Both the position numbers and the translations under genes were made by a program. Under the pieces are notes generated by a model. It worked only from the letters and a program-made list of their open reading frames with translations, was not told the DNA's origin and ran no database searches. From Camelus ferus (taxonomy: Eukaryota), in contig NC_045699.1 in the NCBI RefSeq assembly GCF_009834535.1, forward strand, positions 40,486,001 through 40,550,000: 64,000 nucleotides of DNA, given 5' to 3'. Positions 37,151 through 50,612 of this stretch are shown here, piece by piece; position 1 is the stretch's first letter, and every line of letters starts with the position of its first letter.

Positions 37151-39969
37151 ACTTGCCAGCCCTTGGCAATGACCTGTCCTGGACTGCAGGGAACACTGGA
37201 CAACTTCAACTCGCCTGGACAGTGGCTGTTCAGACACCACCAACGCCAGCTAGTGACTTGGAAGGTTTTTCCCTTACTAGGATGCTCTTTCCCTGGACAA
37301 ATCCATGCCTCCCCTCCCCCCTTCCAAACTCAGCCAAGGAGTTTGCTCAGCCTGCAAGGCAGTGGTCAGTTATGTCTAGAAACCTCCCTTATTTGTTCAC
37401 GAAAGCCCTGCAAATATTTTGGCAAATAAATTCAGAAAGCCGGAAACGCTAATTATTAGGCAGAGACAAACCCACAGTAATAACATAAACAACAAAGTGC
37501 CTTTTCAGCGCTGCTATTCAATGTGCCTTCCTGTTCCAGTGCCACAAAAAACACGCCGGGAACGGCCTGGAGGGGATGGAAGAGGAAATGACCGCTTCCA
37601 AGACCTCGTCCTGTGGGCAGGCGGCGGCCCTCCCGTTTGCTGTAGCAGAGTCAGAGAGGAAGGGCGGGGGTGTGTGTGCAGGGAGAGCAAAATGGATCAA
37701 AGAATGGAGCTCCTTAAGAATCCTGGGAAGGTGGGGTACGTACAGTCCTTTAATGGCTGAACTTTTTTGTTTTTAGGTTGGAAATAAAATGGGCAAGAAG
37801 ATAACAATTTGGCTCAACTGGTCACACAGACATGTGAATAATCCTTTGTAAAGACAGATGCCCGTCTCGGTCCTCCACACGTGGCGGTGCGTCATGTGCT
37901 TTGTGTAAAGGTGTGTGCACAGTGGGGTGGTCACCCTGGGGCCTGAAACCCTGCCGGGATTCTGCCCACCCAGCTCAGTGCCTTGTTCAGCCAGGAGGAA
38001 GCGCCTTTTTATATGTGGGTGCTGTCATTTGCACAACACACTCCTAACAGCAGTCCAGACCTGGGGAAAGGTTTGCTCATGTCAGCTTCTGGCCCTTTCG
38101 GCTTGTGTCATTTTACATGTGAGGCAACAGGCACGTTGGATGTCCTAGATTTGAGTACCAGCCATGTAGAGCCTTATACAAACCAGGTAAGTGGTTTTTT
38201 GCTTCACTTTCTGCAGCCAGAGCAAGGAGGACAGCCCCACCTGTCCCTGTCTCCTTAGGGCCACTGTAAGCCACTGCCAAAGTCTAATCCTATTTCCTCA
38301 ACGTGTCCAGAAATGTCTTCCACAGAGCTTTCCCGTATGTTGATATCACATTCTTCTTCCTCACTTCAGTTCCAAGTAAATAAAAGAAGAAAGACTGTAA
38401 GCTCAGTGATGTGCTAAATGGCCAAGGACCACAGGCCCACTTTAACAGGACAACTTCCATTTCTGCAGCAAATCACACTTTCATGGGTCGAAATTCCAAC
38501 CACGGTCACAGATCTTCAAGTCATTTCACTAGTCTTAACACTGCCACTCTATTAAGTAAGTCCATTGCCGACATCTCTGAGGCAGCAAAACAAACCCCAA
38601 ATTGGCTTGATTCCCCCCACTGAGTGCTGGGATACAGATTCGTGGCCAACTCAGAAGAGCTGGCAGCTTGATACTTCTTCCACAGTCAGTCTGGCCAGGG
38701 CGACGCCAGAACAATTGGTCTCCTTGCCTTGTGAGATGACAATTAGCGTAGGGGGAGCCAGAAGAAGCCTATCCAGGGAGCTGGGCCTCTGCCTTTCTGA
38801 GGGACATGGCACTCCCTCTTGTCAGAGCCATCTGCATCGTAAGATGCTCTGGGGTTGCTGCTGGCTTCCCTTGAGGCAGTCTAGAGGGGTACCAGGCACA
38901 GAAGACCTTCCAAGGCATTCTTTGTTGGGGAAAAAGAAAGATGCAAGGACTCCAATGAACACTGAAAATCCAACTGAGAACCAGAGATAAATATTCGGCA
39001 GCAAAATGCAACGCTATGTCAGAGAAGATACCATTCTAGACATAATAAAGGAAAAAAGGGACAAACGTTTCATTGAGAAGTGCCTCAGAGTGTGGCATGA
39101 AGAAAATGCGTGGTGACAGGAATCCGGCCCCATTGAGGAAACTCTGAGCTCGGTGACAGCTCAGAGCAGTATTAGGCTCTCGCACCACGTGCGCTGCTCG
39201 ACATGCTGTGACTGGGAGCGTGTGAGTCACAGGACAGCACTCCCACCCCCCGACTCGACTCAACAGCAAAGGACATCACTTATTTAACTGTGGCAGAGGA
39301 TGACTGACGACTCCCTGGGGTTTCTAGAAAGGAACATATCTCATTGCAGGGGTGGGTGAATTAAAACAGGACTCTCAAAACAAGCATCCTGAAACTATTT
39401 TAAAAATGTAGTTATTTAGAAATAATGAATAGTCTTTTACGAAAAGCTGTCAGGTGCTTCATAGAGTTCCGCAATTTCTCAGCTTCAGGCAGAGCTCTGA
39501 CACTGGGGTAGGGATGGGGGTTCAATTAGTAGCCATCTGGAGGCTAAAATTCAAAACCTTGCTTTAACCATGACCCCCTGGATCCCTTATCTTCCAGGTC
39601 TTTGTTTCTTCTTCCAGCCAAACCGAGTTAAAATGGGCACCTGCGTTGGCTTCCGGCCTGCCCCCTGCCCTCCGGCCACAGCCTGCTGTAACTCCGCTTT
39701 CAACACCAGAGCTCCACTCACACCACACTGGCCAAGACGTGGTCAAGTCCAAGGGGGCTTTTTCACTTCTTCTCTCGTCTTCTTTTCAGTATTTTTAATA
39801 CTGACCACTTTTTCTCAAACTGTGTTCTTCTGTGATTTCCGGTACTACATTCCCTTTTTCTAGAATACCAGTAGCATCTGATCTTTCCAGCCAGCCTTTC
39901 ACCTGAGTTCCAGGCCAGTGCTTCCAAGTATCTGCGAGGCACTCCATCCGCTATCCGTAAGTCACCTTC

Positions 39970-41040
39970 TCCCCTAGCATGTCCCCAAACACCTCTCAAC
40001 TGCTTCTCCCAACCCCCCAAAGTGGGGCTTCCTTCCTCTTTCTTCTCTGTCAGAGTTTACAGTGCTCTTACTCTCCTAGTCACCTCCACCAGAAACTTCA
40101 GACAATCTCGGCTCTTCCTTGCCTCCTGAACTGTCACTCAGTGTCTCCTCACTTCCAGTCACTAAGTATCAGTCGGTCTACTTCTTACCCGTCTCTCAGG
40201 TTGTTTCCCTCCTCTGCACCCCCATGTCCCCTGCCCTGGGTCTGGACCTCTTTCTCTCCTGCGTGGACCACAGCAGCAGCTTCAATACTCTCCTCCTGCA
40301 TTCGGGGAGCTCTCCTTGAAATCCATCCTCCACACTGCTAGCAGGTGATTTTTCATGAACACAAACCCAACCACATTACTCACCTACTCAAAATCCTCCA
40401 CCCCAACCGCAGCTCCACACTTTCTACAGGACAAAGGATTTCCAGTGTAAACCCCATATAATGTCCTGGTCTCCTTGGCTCCAACTCTGCACCATTAATC
40501 TTGGCCAAGCAGCTCCCTGTCAGTTTCCCAAGCCTAGTAAGCCCATTCGTACCACCAGGCCTTCTCTCTTGAGGTTCTTTTTGCTTTGAATGCCCTTGGT
40601 CCAGGCTTCAAAACTGCTACTTGTCAGGGGAAGGGAATAGCTCAATGTTAAAGTGCATGCCTAGCATGCATGAGGTCCTGTGTTTAATCCTCAGTACCTC
40701 CATTAAAAAGAATAAATAAGTAAACCCAATTACCTACCTCCCCACAAAAAATCAACAACAAAAACAAATTAAAAAAAAGAACAACAAACCCACTACCTGT
40801 CCTTCACTACCCAACTCAAACGCATCCTTTTTTCTGAAGCCTTTCCTGACCCTCCCCACGTCCATTCCCAGGGATTCACCCCTGTCTTTTATTCCCATAG
40901 CAAACGTGCATCTCCATGCCTGGTTGGTCTCACAGAGGGTCTCAGTGTGCCCTGAGAACAGAGATCCCTCACTTCTTTCTTTTCTCCTCTCTGCAGCTCA
41001 AGTGATCAGAGCCTCATAACTGATCAACAAACATGGAAAA
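39970..41040 (+). mobile_element. L2 LINE (~0.9 kb) interrupted by a Vic-1 SINE
   Basis: aatccatcctccacactgctagcaggtgatttt..ccacattactcacctactcaaaatcctcc; ctgaagcctttcctgacc; 3' cagagcctcataactgatcaacaaac. Confidence 0.8.
40626..40785 (+). mobile_element. Vic-1-type SINE (older copy)
   Basis: ggggaagggaatagctcaatgttaaagtgcatgcctagcatgcatgaggtcctgtgtttaatcctcagtacctcc + A-rich tail; degenerate TSD aaaactgctacttgtc / aaacccactacctgtc (12/16). Confidence 0.9.
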
Positions 41041-42837
41041 ACAGAGATGCTGTCCTGTCTCAGACCTTCACAGGTGTGTGTAATTTCACATCCTTCTTCT
41101 CCATGCAAACCTCTGCTGGGGAACGTACACGTACATGCTTACTTCACCCAACAAGGAGACGTCTGGGACAGGGAAGGAGCAGCAAGGTTGTACAGCTTGC
41201 CTGTAATCTAAGAGGCAGAAAGACTCCTTAAACTCAGCTTTTCAGATAAAAGACTCATTTTTTTCTTTTATGGTCAACAAAGAGTTTCTGTAATAAAACT
41301 CCCTCAAAACAGGGTGCCTATTGTGTAGGACACACCTCCTCTCCGACCACAGAATTTTAAACATTCGATGATAAATCCTTTGAAGTGTATCACTACCTGG
41401 GTATTTGGGTATTTCCGTGTGGGAAGCCAAGCCCTGTGGCCCCCTAGAAAGTACATAGAGCTAATGCTCTAAGGTCTCTGTTTCCTTATTGGAGGTCATT
41501 AAACAGGATTCAAATTCAGTGGGATAGGTAGATTATATCAAGTCAATCTCAATACCATTGTTTTAATTGTTCTGCTTTTGTTTCTTTTATTTGTTCCTCT
41601 GCCCTAGTAACTGTGTCCCTGTGTGGTCCCTCCTGTCAGTCTCCAACTTGATAATCCCCCTCCCGACACTGCCGCGCGCGGGGGTGATTACAGGGCAGCC
41701 TGTGTGGGACAGTGGGACGCCTGCTCTGCCTACTTTAATTGTTGCTGCCCTACTTCCATTTGCTACAAAGACCCCCATACTCTCTATACCATCATTTTTC
41801 AGCCTCATGCAATGATCACCCCATGTACCAACTCAGCTGGCATCTCTCCTCCGATGGATTGTTTCACAGGAAGGTTATTGTTTTTGGCTTATGAGGCCCT
41901 CCTTTCAGCCCTGGGTGAAAATCAGCAAAGATTCCTGTTCTTATCAACTGAGTGTTTAAGTAAACAGAGCAGGTGCCAGAGTCAATAGGACATGGAAAAC
42001 GAGATTTTGCTGAAGATTATTTGGAATGGGGCTCTGCTGCTGACACAGAATTAGGAGTTCACACTTTGTGAAAAAGAGCATGAAAGGGGGACGAGCCAGA
42101 CGTCAAAGAGGGCAGGGTTGGTTTGCCTGTGCGGCATTGGTCAGGTACGGTCTGTACTTTTGTATACCTGCACATAATTTCCTCCTCTAGCTGAAAGAAC
42201 GCACTCGTTCGTATATGCAGAGAAGAAAACACACCATTCTGCCCTGTCTTTGCTTCAAAAGACTGTCCCCTGTGCCACCTGACCACTCTACCCACTCAGG
42301 ACAGTGCCTCCTTTGCCTGGTCTCAGAGGTCAGAGGCACAGGTGCTTTGGTAGAGCAATGAGGAAAAGGGATGGAGTGTAACTGTGCAGGGGCAGAATAA
42401 CCATGGCAACCATGGTTTGCCAACCCACTCTGTCTTGTCACGGCCTGGGAGCCCCATGCCCATTGAACAAGGTGTGCTGCTCCTGGCTCCCGCACCTGCC
42501 ACCAGCAGGATTTGAACGGCTGGCTCTTCCAGCCCTTCATTGCAACATGAATTCACACTCTCTTTCCAGGTATGCATACAGCATCTCCAGGAAGCATCAC
42601 TGCTCAACTGCGGGGCCCTGGCAAGACTCCTAACAGTACTCTTGCTCTCAACTCCTCTCCTTCATCCTTCAAAACATGGTACCTTTTGCAAGCAGCTCAG
42701 GTGTCTCAATATCTGATGAGGAAACCTCCCCATGTGTGCAATTGTATCTTTGGCCTTGTATTTATAAATACAGCTTCACTAAGGAGCTGAAAGAACTTGA
42801 CATCAATCCCTCATTCATACTTTGATGGCAAGGCAGA

Positions 42838-43395
42838 GGCAATTTCATCTCCACTTTACCAGTGGGGAAACTGAGACAAAATAAGGTTGAAGAATTTACA
42901 CTCTGGCAGTCAGCGGTGAGGCTCTCGCAGAGCACTCGCTCTTTTAGCATGTACCTTCAAGCGTGCACAGATAGAGAACAGACTGTCCAGTAGGCCATAT
43001 ACTTTTTCTTTTCTCTTTCAATAAAAATTGACAGTATGATATAAAAGGAAAAGAGAGACAAAGGTGGCAAAGAGAGACAAAGGTGGAAAAGAACTGTTAT
43101 CAACCAAACGATGCCAAAAGAAAGAAAACTTTAAAAGAGCACACTACATGTCAATTTCCTGCTTCATGGTTTTTTTAACCCAGAAAAAATGGACTTTGTC
43201 CGTAGCAGTCGGGAATCAGATCTGAGCTGGAGTTACACTGCTGTATGGCTCTGTGAGGCACTTTTAAACTTCCTAGTTCCTTATCTGAAAATGAGGACAG
43301 GAGTGGTTATCTCAAAGGGATGCTATGGGGACTACATGAAATCTGGTACAGAGACAGTGTTAACAAGGCAAATGGTTAGTAAGTCGGTTCTTATC
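42838..43395. mobile_element. Two MIRs (42838-42930 minus; 43205-43395 plus)
   Basis: ttaccagtggggaaactgagac (antisense core) and ctgtgaggcacttttaaacttcctagttccttatctgaaaatgagg (sense core). Confidence 0.65.
43050..43086 (+). repeat. 19-bp-period tandem duplication
   Basis: aaagagagacaaaggtgg-c-aaagagagacaaaggtgg (perfect 18-mer twice). Confidence 0.9.
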
Positions 43396-45929
43396 CTCAC
43401 TTACGCTACCGGATGAGTAACAGATCCTGACTTCAGTCACTGTCAGCATAACATTTTGTTTTCAAAGCCATCTACCATGAATACCAACCATGGAAACCAT
43501 TCTCTTGACCAAGAACTTGACAGTCTTTCTGACAGTACAGGAAGACCATTAGAGCCACAGTAATTCTACATTTTGCGTCAGACCCTGAGAAATTTCGGTC
43601 CACTGGCAGTTTGAAAAATAAACCCACGATATGCACAACCATAAGTCACAGATACAGACGTGGTGGGTATAATCCAGAACAGCGTACAGTGGCTACACCT
43701 GAGTGCCCTATTATTCTATTAAATTTCAATTTAGGATCTTTGTAAAATTATGGCCAGAAAACGACAGCACTGTTTCATTAGAAAAAGCAATTACCTTATA
43801 TCCAGCCTGTCCCATTTCTAAGAATCTTTCCATTATTACATAAACTACCTAAATGAATTCTGGAGCGCCTCCAGGCAAGAGGATAGAGCTTGCTGCGATC
43901 TGTTGATATGATAAGGACAAGTCATTGCTACAGGAAAAACTGACTAAGGGATTCAAACTATTTTTGAACCTCAATTGGAAGAATCTCATTCTGATCCATA
44001 TGAAGTACTGGCTTTATATTTGGGTTGCAAGATAAAATCAGAAAGAGATTCTTACATCCTTTACATTTTTATGACTAAAATGTAGACCCATACGTACGTA
44101 GTATAGAGGTTGTTGACTTTGATTCTGGAGAAGTATTCAGTTTGGGATATTTTTTTTTTAAATCACTCGTAGCCCAGGGACTGCTTTTTAGATTATTTAA
44201 AAATGCAATGGCTGTAGAATACTGTCTCAGGAGAATAAAAGAACTGATCAATTTCAAGGTTACATGGAATGAAATGGAAAGACCTCACTCACTTCTTAAG
44301 AAGAAACTATAGGTCACATCAATTTCAAAATCAGATTTCTGGAAACACTCACTATGGAAATTATCATGAAACATTCAAAAGCAATCAAATAGGGAAGATT
44401 CATCATGTGGCCAGACTAAACACTGCTTAAGTGTCAGTGACATGCAGGTTGGGGGAGTTAATCTGTCCAATCACTGTTTCAGGTGTCACTTGTTCATGCT
44501 TACTCTTTCTTTTTAAATGGCCCCTAAACCCAGACACAAAGCAGCAAGATGTGAAAACGTCCTCCTTTCTCCGCCCTGGACAGCTCTACTCATTCATGAA
44601 CAAATGTCTGAATGCCTTTTAAGGAGACGAGGCCAAGGCAAGCATTCCCTTCTCTCTACAGTAGACCAGTACAATCACACAATGCCAGCTCTGCTGGAGA
44701 GGTGCACAGAATGCAATCTCTGCGGACAAAGGTGCAGATGGTACCATTTATAGGCTGGCATGGTACACATGATAAGGGTATTGATTCTACTTTTCTATTG
44801 AGTACATACAATTACAACACGTAAGCTTTGCTCACCTAGAGGGTCAATGTTTTGTGTGGGATACAAAAGTTTAGTTTAACTGGAAAAAAACCCACAACCC
44901 TACATTTTCAAACAACAAATAACCAGTCTTTTTGTGAAATGGGCACTTCAAAACTAAGAAATGAGAGTATTTGATAAAGTTCTGCAAATAGTTTATTGGC
45001 TTTTGCTTTTTGTCCCAGAAATGACTTCAACGGCATGAAAGTATCTTTTTGCCTTTGTCCCAGCCCAACAGGAATCACAGAACTGTTTCCTAAGAATGAT
45101 TAGATGGCATCTACGTGAAGAAATTTCTCTGAAAACACAAACGGAAATGGAGAAAGAAGCAGAGAGAGAGGAAAACTGGTATAATAGGGGAAGGGCAGGG
45201 AAAATTGGGATTAAGCAAGCAAAAGTCATCACAGAGGGTACAAATAAATTAAAGGAAGCTCAGAGAACCTAGTTAAAGACTAATTAACAGTTTTTTTTAA
45301 ATAAAAAGTCCCCTTTCATAAAAAAATAAAAATCAATAAAAGCAAACTAAAGCATCTGTGACTTCTCGGCTAGAGAAGTAAGGTATGTTTTAAAGAGCAG
45401 TCCCCACAGAATGACTTTCCAGGCTTACATTTTGGTGATGCTTGGTATCCCTGTAAAACTAGCTTGTTATCTCACCTCTTTTCTCCTCTTTGTTGGCTGA
45501 AATGAGGCCTATTTCTTACGAAAACACAGAACATATCACTGGAAAAAATATCCCGATTAAACATGCAGAAACAAATATGATTACCAATAGCAAGAAAACA
45601 TATGTCATCACTGGTAAAATCTATTAAAACATTTAAAGGCAAAGATGCTGAGTTTTAATTTCCTAGTGAAAGTTCCACTACTTCCAATAAAAAAAAAAAT
45701 GCAGTAAAATGAACTATAAAGAGAAGCTCTCTGCCACTTGCTACAAATGTCATGACCAGCTATAATGAGAACAGAAAGGGAGGTGAACCAATCAGAAGCA
45801 TCAACTGATATTTTATGGTTGCATCAAACACAGAAAAGCATTTAATTCACTGCTTATATTTAATATAAGCTTCAGTCAACATATACATACAGTAAACCTT
45901 CCAGTCCAAGGAGTGAGACAGTAACACAA

Positions 45930-46010
45930 GCTACAGCGAAATCCCTGGCACAGGGCTTGGCTCACGGGTTCTGTTTACCAGATATTCACTGAATGAATAA
46001 ATAATCTAAA
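45930..46010 (+). mobile_element. L2 3' tail
   Basis: ccctggcacagggcttggctcac..atattcactgaatgaataaataa. Confidence 0.7.
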
Positions 46011-48279
46011 TATCATTTAGATTTGCTTTATATTTTGGCATGGAAAGTGCCTACTTTTCAATGAAAGGCACCCCTGGGCCTACACAAGTATTTTCCTCCT
46101 CCGACGGGTGTGGGCAGAGGCTGCGATTTGCACGTATGGTTTATCCTACAGTGAACCTCTGAATCTGGAGGAATGAAGTGGTGTCTTTGGTTCTCGGCCT
46201 TGTGACCTCAGACTCAGCTTCTCCCTGTGAAAGCCAAGTGCAATAGCCCAGAACAGAGGAGGTAAACATCTTGCGTGCAAGTGATGGGTGTGTTGCATTT
46301 ATAAAGAATTGAGGGGTTTAGAAATATATGTATTTCAACTGGAATGAAGGGTTATATAAACTATTAAATATTCTACAAACTACTAAACTATTATATATTA
46401 AGCTACTATTAACAAGTAATTCAGTAGATTACCTCAATCTCTGTACAAACTGGAAATAGGAATTTTTTTCTGGAGTAACTGACCATCTCACACACAAATA
46501 ATTTACACTGGGCAGCATGTAACATCTAGTGATGATTTTCTGATCAAGAACACCTTAAAGAGAACAGTGCTTACCCCAGACTTCCATTTATATGATATCC
46601 TAAGATCACTTGAGAAACACAAGTGAAACTCTTTCAACACGTTTATGACAGAGAAGGGAAAGGACAAAGGAAGATTATCAGAATTAAGGTGACTTCTTTA
46701 TCTAATTACTTTAAAATTATTTTTTATGATCTATACACTGAGTACTTTCTAAATGGGTCTGCTTAGCAGGCAATCAAAAATTATTCCTGGAATAGTCGTG
46801 CTGTGTATCAGTGAAGCCATTGTTACTTCTGCATTATTTTACCTTGACAACCGACAATATGAAAATAAATAAGGGATTGAAACATGACCCCTTATTAGCA
46901 GTTCTTTTAAAATTTGTTTAGTTGAAAGGGAATTCTGCGAAGAGGGTGGAAATAATCCGTGGAATCAAGAGGAACCGTATCTCTTCCAAATTCCCTCCGT
47001 CATTAAGCCTTCCCTCCCATCACCATGGAAAACCAAGAAAGGACCCTCTTGGTATCACGATCACCACCACCTCTAAACCACAGAAGAGCTGGGCAGGGAA
47101 GCAGGGCAGCTAGGGAAAGCAAGAGAGGAAAATTCAGGCCCTGCAGGTTCACGTGGGGAGGAAAACACAAACGTGGAACTGACTGGGGTCACTTCATCAC
47201 TGCTGGCCTTAGAATCTTGCTACCTCAGAGCCTTTTCTTTACCAAACATGGAATTCTCTGTTGTGAAATTCAATTATTTTCAACAGGCATCTAAAGCTTG
47301 ACCTACATCTCTTAGCTTTGTGAGATTAGTGGTGTACAGTTCCCTGAAATACCATTTTTAACAGTATCACCCTTCTCATCTAGATCTCTGTTTAACCTGC
47401 AGGGATCCGGACTCTATGTAGTACACACTGTCTCACAACCCAAAGGACGAGGAGGGAGGAAGGGAGGCACTGACCTGAAGTCCTGCCCTGAATGTTAATG
47501 CCTGTTGATAATAAAAGGGAAAATCTTTGTACTCTTTTTTTAAAGGCCATTTTCTTTTCTGCTGTTTACCTTAATGAAAGAACAATTTATAGGTGAAGCA
47601 TGTTGAGAAGGCAATAAAGCTTCTTTCTTTTCGGTTTTGAATTTAGGTTACCTGTTTCATATAAGCATGAGGCTCCTTTTAATTTCCTGACAAACTCCCC
47701 AAAAGCTTTTCCCAGCAGAGCTGCCAGCTCCGTTTGTTCCAACCTCTGATTTACAAAGAGCCGCAGATGAGAGTGAGCAGGAGCACGCATCTCCCTCACA
47801 ATCCCGCTGGTGAACCTGGGAGCATGAGTCACCCTTCCCGCTTTCCGCACCGACGCTCCCAGCTCAGCCCCGTTTGGGCACGTGGCACAGAGGGGAGAAG
47901 CTAAGATCTGGGGGGAAGGGGTGGTTTCCAGCCCCTGAGCTCAGTCACGGGGTTAAGCCCCCAGACTGGACAGCAGCGCAGGCTGTGTGTTTCATCCTCC
48001 AACACTGGGATTCTCCTTCCAGAGACACGGAACCCAGACCACGTGACCTGCAAGGGCCTTTCAACACAATACACAGCCCACCCCACTTGAAGACCACTGC
48101 CCCAGATCCACAGTAATGAGCCAGTCAGGGGAAGGCAGAGTGATCTGCTGCTAAAAATTGGTCCCCTTCAGCCACCTGGAGTGCCCACCGCTACCTTCAT
48201 TCCACTGCCAGGCCAAGGGCTGGGGTCTTCACTCCTCGCTGTTCCCTCACCCGCCTCTCTCAATTAATCATTTGTTGTC

Positions 48280-48800
48280 AGTGGGAGGCCAACATGGCAC
48301 CTGTCAGTCTCCAAAGGTCCACCTGTGGCCTGTCGCAGTCTTCACCCTCTTCTGTAATATCTGACACCATCAGTCACCTCTTTCTTCTGGAAACTGCTAG
48401 CTAGTTCGCCAGCATCCCCCCTAGCTACGCCTCCTTACTCTTTTTGGCCACTTCCTCTCCCCCGGCTGCCCTTGGGTGCAATCAGTCCTGCAGAATTTTA
48501 TGCCTAGCTTCCCCTTTTCCTCTCCACCCATGACCATCTGCGCCACCCCTTGAGCTGTACGCAGGTAACGCCCAGAGCTCTGGCTTCCCTGGCCCATTCC
48601 TCCTTCAAAGCTCCTGAACCTGCTGGGTGACAGCCGGTGGCATTTTTACTGTCTTAAGCTGGTAAGGGCTGTGTACACCCCAGGTCAGTTAACCCCTTCC
48701 CCCCAAGCCTCCTCTTGATTTTCCTGTTTCGGTGACTGCCATTCCATCTTTCCACTCAGGCCCCATCAGTGCAGCTGCAAATCTCAGCCTCTTGGACTAG
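48280..48800 (+). mobile_element. L2 internal (RT-region) fragment
   Basis: atctgacaccatcagtcacctctttcttctggaaact, ttggccacttcctctcc, ttcctgtttcggtgactgccattccatctttcca are L2-like. Confidence 0.6.
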
Positions 48801-49439
48801 ATTTGTGCCTTTGCCCTACACACCAAACATGGAAGCAGATTCCTGCCTGTTCCTCTGCAGAACGGCCTCCCTGTGTTGACATCCCTAAGTTCACATTGCT
48901 TGTGTGTGTGCCCACAGCTGCTTAAATACCAACTTCTTGAAGAAGTTTCCTCCTCCAGCCCCCTTTGAAGATAGGCCTCTCTTCTCGGGATTATGATTCT
49001 ATGTAACACAAGTGTGACACTTTACAGATTGCTGATGAATAACAACAAAATGAAAGCCATAAACTAAGAGCTAGGGAAGGTAGATTCTTGCGATGTATTC
49101 GGAAGAGCTAACCTACTCATTCCCTTAGTGGGTTGGTTAGTTTTGCTTTCACTACAGAAGAAGGTGGATGTGAAATTTAATAATTTCATTAAATAAATTC
49201 TGTAATTTTTGATTCATCTCTGGCAACAATAAGTATAGTAAAAAGCATATTAATCTTATTAACCCAATAGTGTGAAACCTGAAAACACGACCTAAAAATC
49301 ATCTCTATTTGTGCAATTTGGAATCTTTGCTTTAACATAAAAAAGCAGTGATTGCTTTTTTTCCCCCATGAGAAATTGCTTGGACTTTATTCTAAGAAAA
49401 AAGAGAAACTATTAAGAATGACTTGTAAGTAGAGACTAT

Positions 49440-49567
49440 CAAATCTTGATCTGCATCAGAATTATCTCGTAGAGGCATTAAAAATACAGATGCCTGAGAC
49501 CTAGCCTGTAAGATGCTGACTGAGTTCATCTGGATTGGTTGCAATAAAGCAGTGGTTGCTTTTTAAC
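49440..49567 (+). mobile_element. MER5B-like MITE, interrupted by the SINE at 49585
   Basis: tgcatcagaattatctcgtagaggcattaaaaatacagatgcctgag..ttgcttttaacaa; resumes ctctaagccctgg after the SINE. Confidence 0.6.
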
Positions 49568-49584
49568 AAAAAAGATATCAACTC

Positions 49585-49702
49585 GGGGGGAGGGTATAGC
49601 TCAAGTGGTAGAGCTCATGCTTAGCATACACAAGGTCCTGGGTTCGATCCCCAGTACCTCCTCTAAAACTAAATAAATAAGTAAATCTCAAAAAAAAAAA
49701 AA
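49585..49702 (+). mobile_element. Vic-1-type SINE, young copy with perfect 17-bp TSD
   Basis: TSD aaaaaagatatcaactc at 49568-49584 and 49697-49713; A box TAGCTCAAGTGG (49597-49608), B box GGTTCGATCCC (49641-49651), tRNA-Ala-like TT-AGC-AT loop. Confidence 0.95.
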
Positions 49703-50264
49703 GATATCAACTCTAAGCCCTGGCAACTGTATGTCCCACAATTATAGTAGGATCCAAAGTTCAAGAAAATTAGCTCCAATCAAGGTGTTCCTGTGTTTAC
49801 AGATGTGGACAGACGACATAACAGCACTTTTTCAATGGAAGGCAAGATTTTAAAATGGTATTTTACATACACAATGTAGTGGCAAAACATTCCACTGCTT
49901 GAGCAAAGAAAGAAAATCTCTAAATAAGTGCACAGACATCTATAATTTACCCTTCGTATTAGGAAGGGCAGGAAAGGCATGATTGTGTGTGGTTTCACGC
50001 ACAGATTTTCAAAGGAGGCTAACCTCCTATCCTTCCACGTGTAACAGAAGCCCTAGAATAGTCGTGGGCTGCGATTTCAGATCAAGGCTGCCCTGGAGCA
50101 GAACCGCTGTTTCTCGGCAGCAGAGCCCCTGGCCCCCTGGTGCATCGGGAGGGAAGAGAGCTCAGCTGGTGCCCGGCTTCCTGGTGCTCTCTCTGTCCTG
50201 AGGCTCAGACAGCCCCCTTTCTGACTGGGTTCTCTGCCAGACACTGCACGAGGGAGGACAGCAC

Positions 50265-50350
50265 GTACGTCATCACTAACGCCGCCGGTGCCTGGAGAAG
50301 CATGTGTTGTCCCCAGTGTACAGATGAGGAAATGAAGTGGGGAAGAAGGG
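50265..50350 (-). mobile_element. MIR fragment
   Basis: ccccagtgtacagatgaggaaatgaag core. Confidence 0.6.
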
Positions 50351-50419
50351 AAGGAATATGTCTGTGACTGGGGGGGCGGGGGGGTTTGGGTTGCCTCTAA
50401 ACACTACCCTTCCTGCTGC

Positions 50420-50612
50420 CAGTGGTTCTCAGTGGAGACTGATTGCCCCGCACAGGGTATTCTGGTGACTGCAATGACTGTGGGACCCTCCTGGCTTTGA
50501 GTGAGTGGGGACCAGGAATTACAAATGCCCTGTAACACACCAGACAGTCAGTCCTCACCTCAGGAAGAACTGTCTGGGTCCACATGCAACAGCACCCCAT
50601 CAAGGAACACCG
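50420..50612 (+). mobile_element. MER20 hAT-Charlie MITE
   Basis: cagtggttctc..gattgcccc..ggaccagg..aaatgccctgtaa..aagaactgtctgggtcc..caacagcacc..ggaacaccg follows recalled MER20 layout. Confidence 0.75.
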
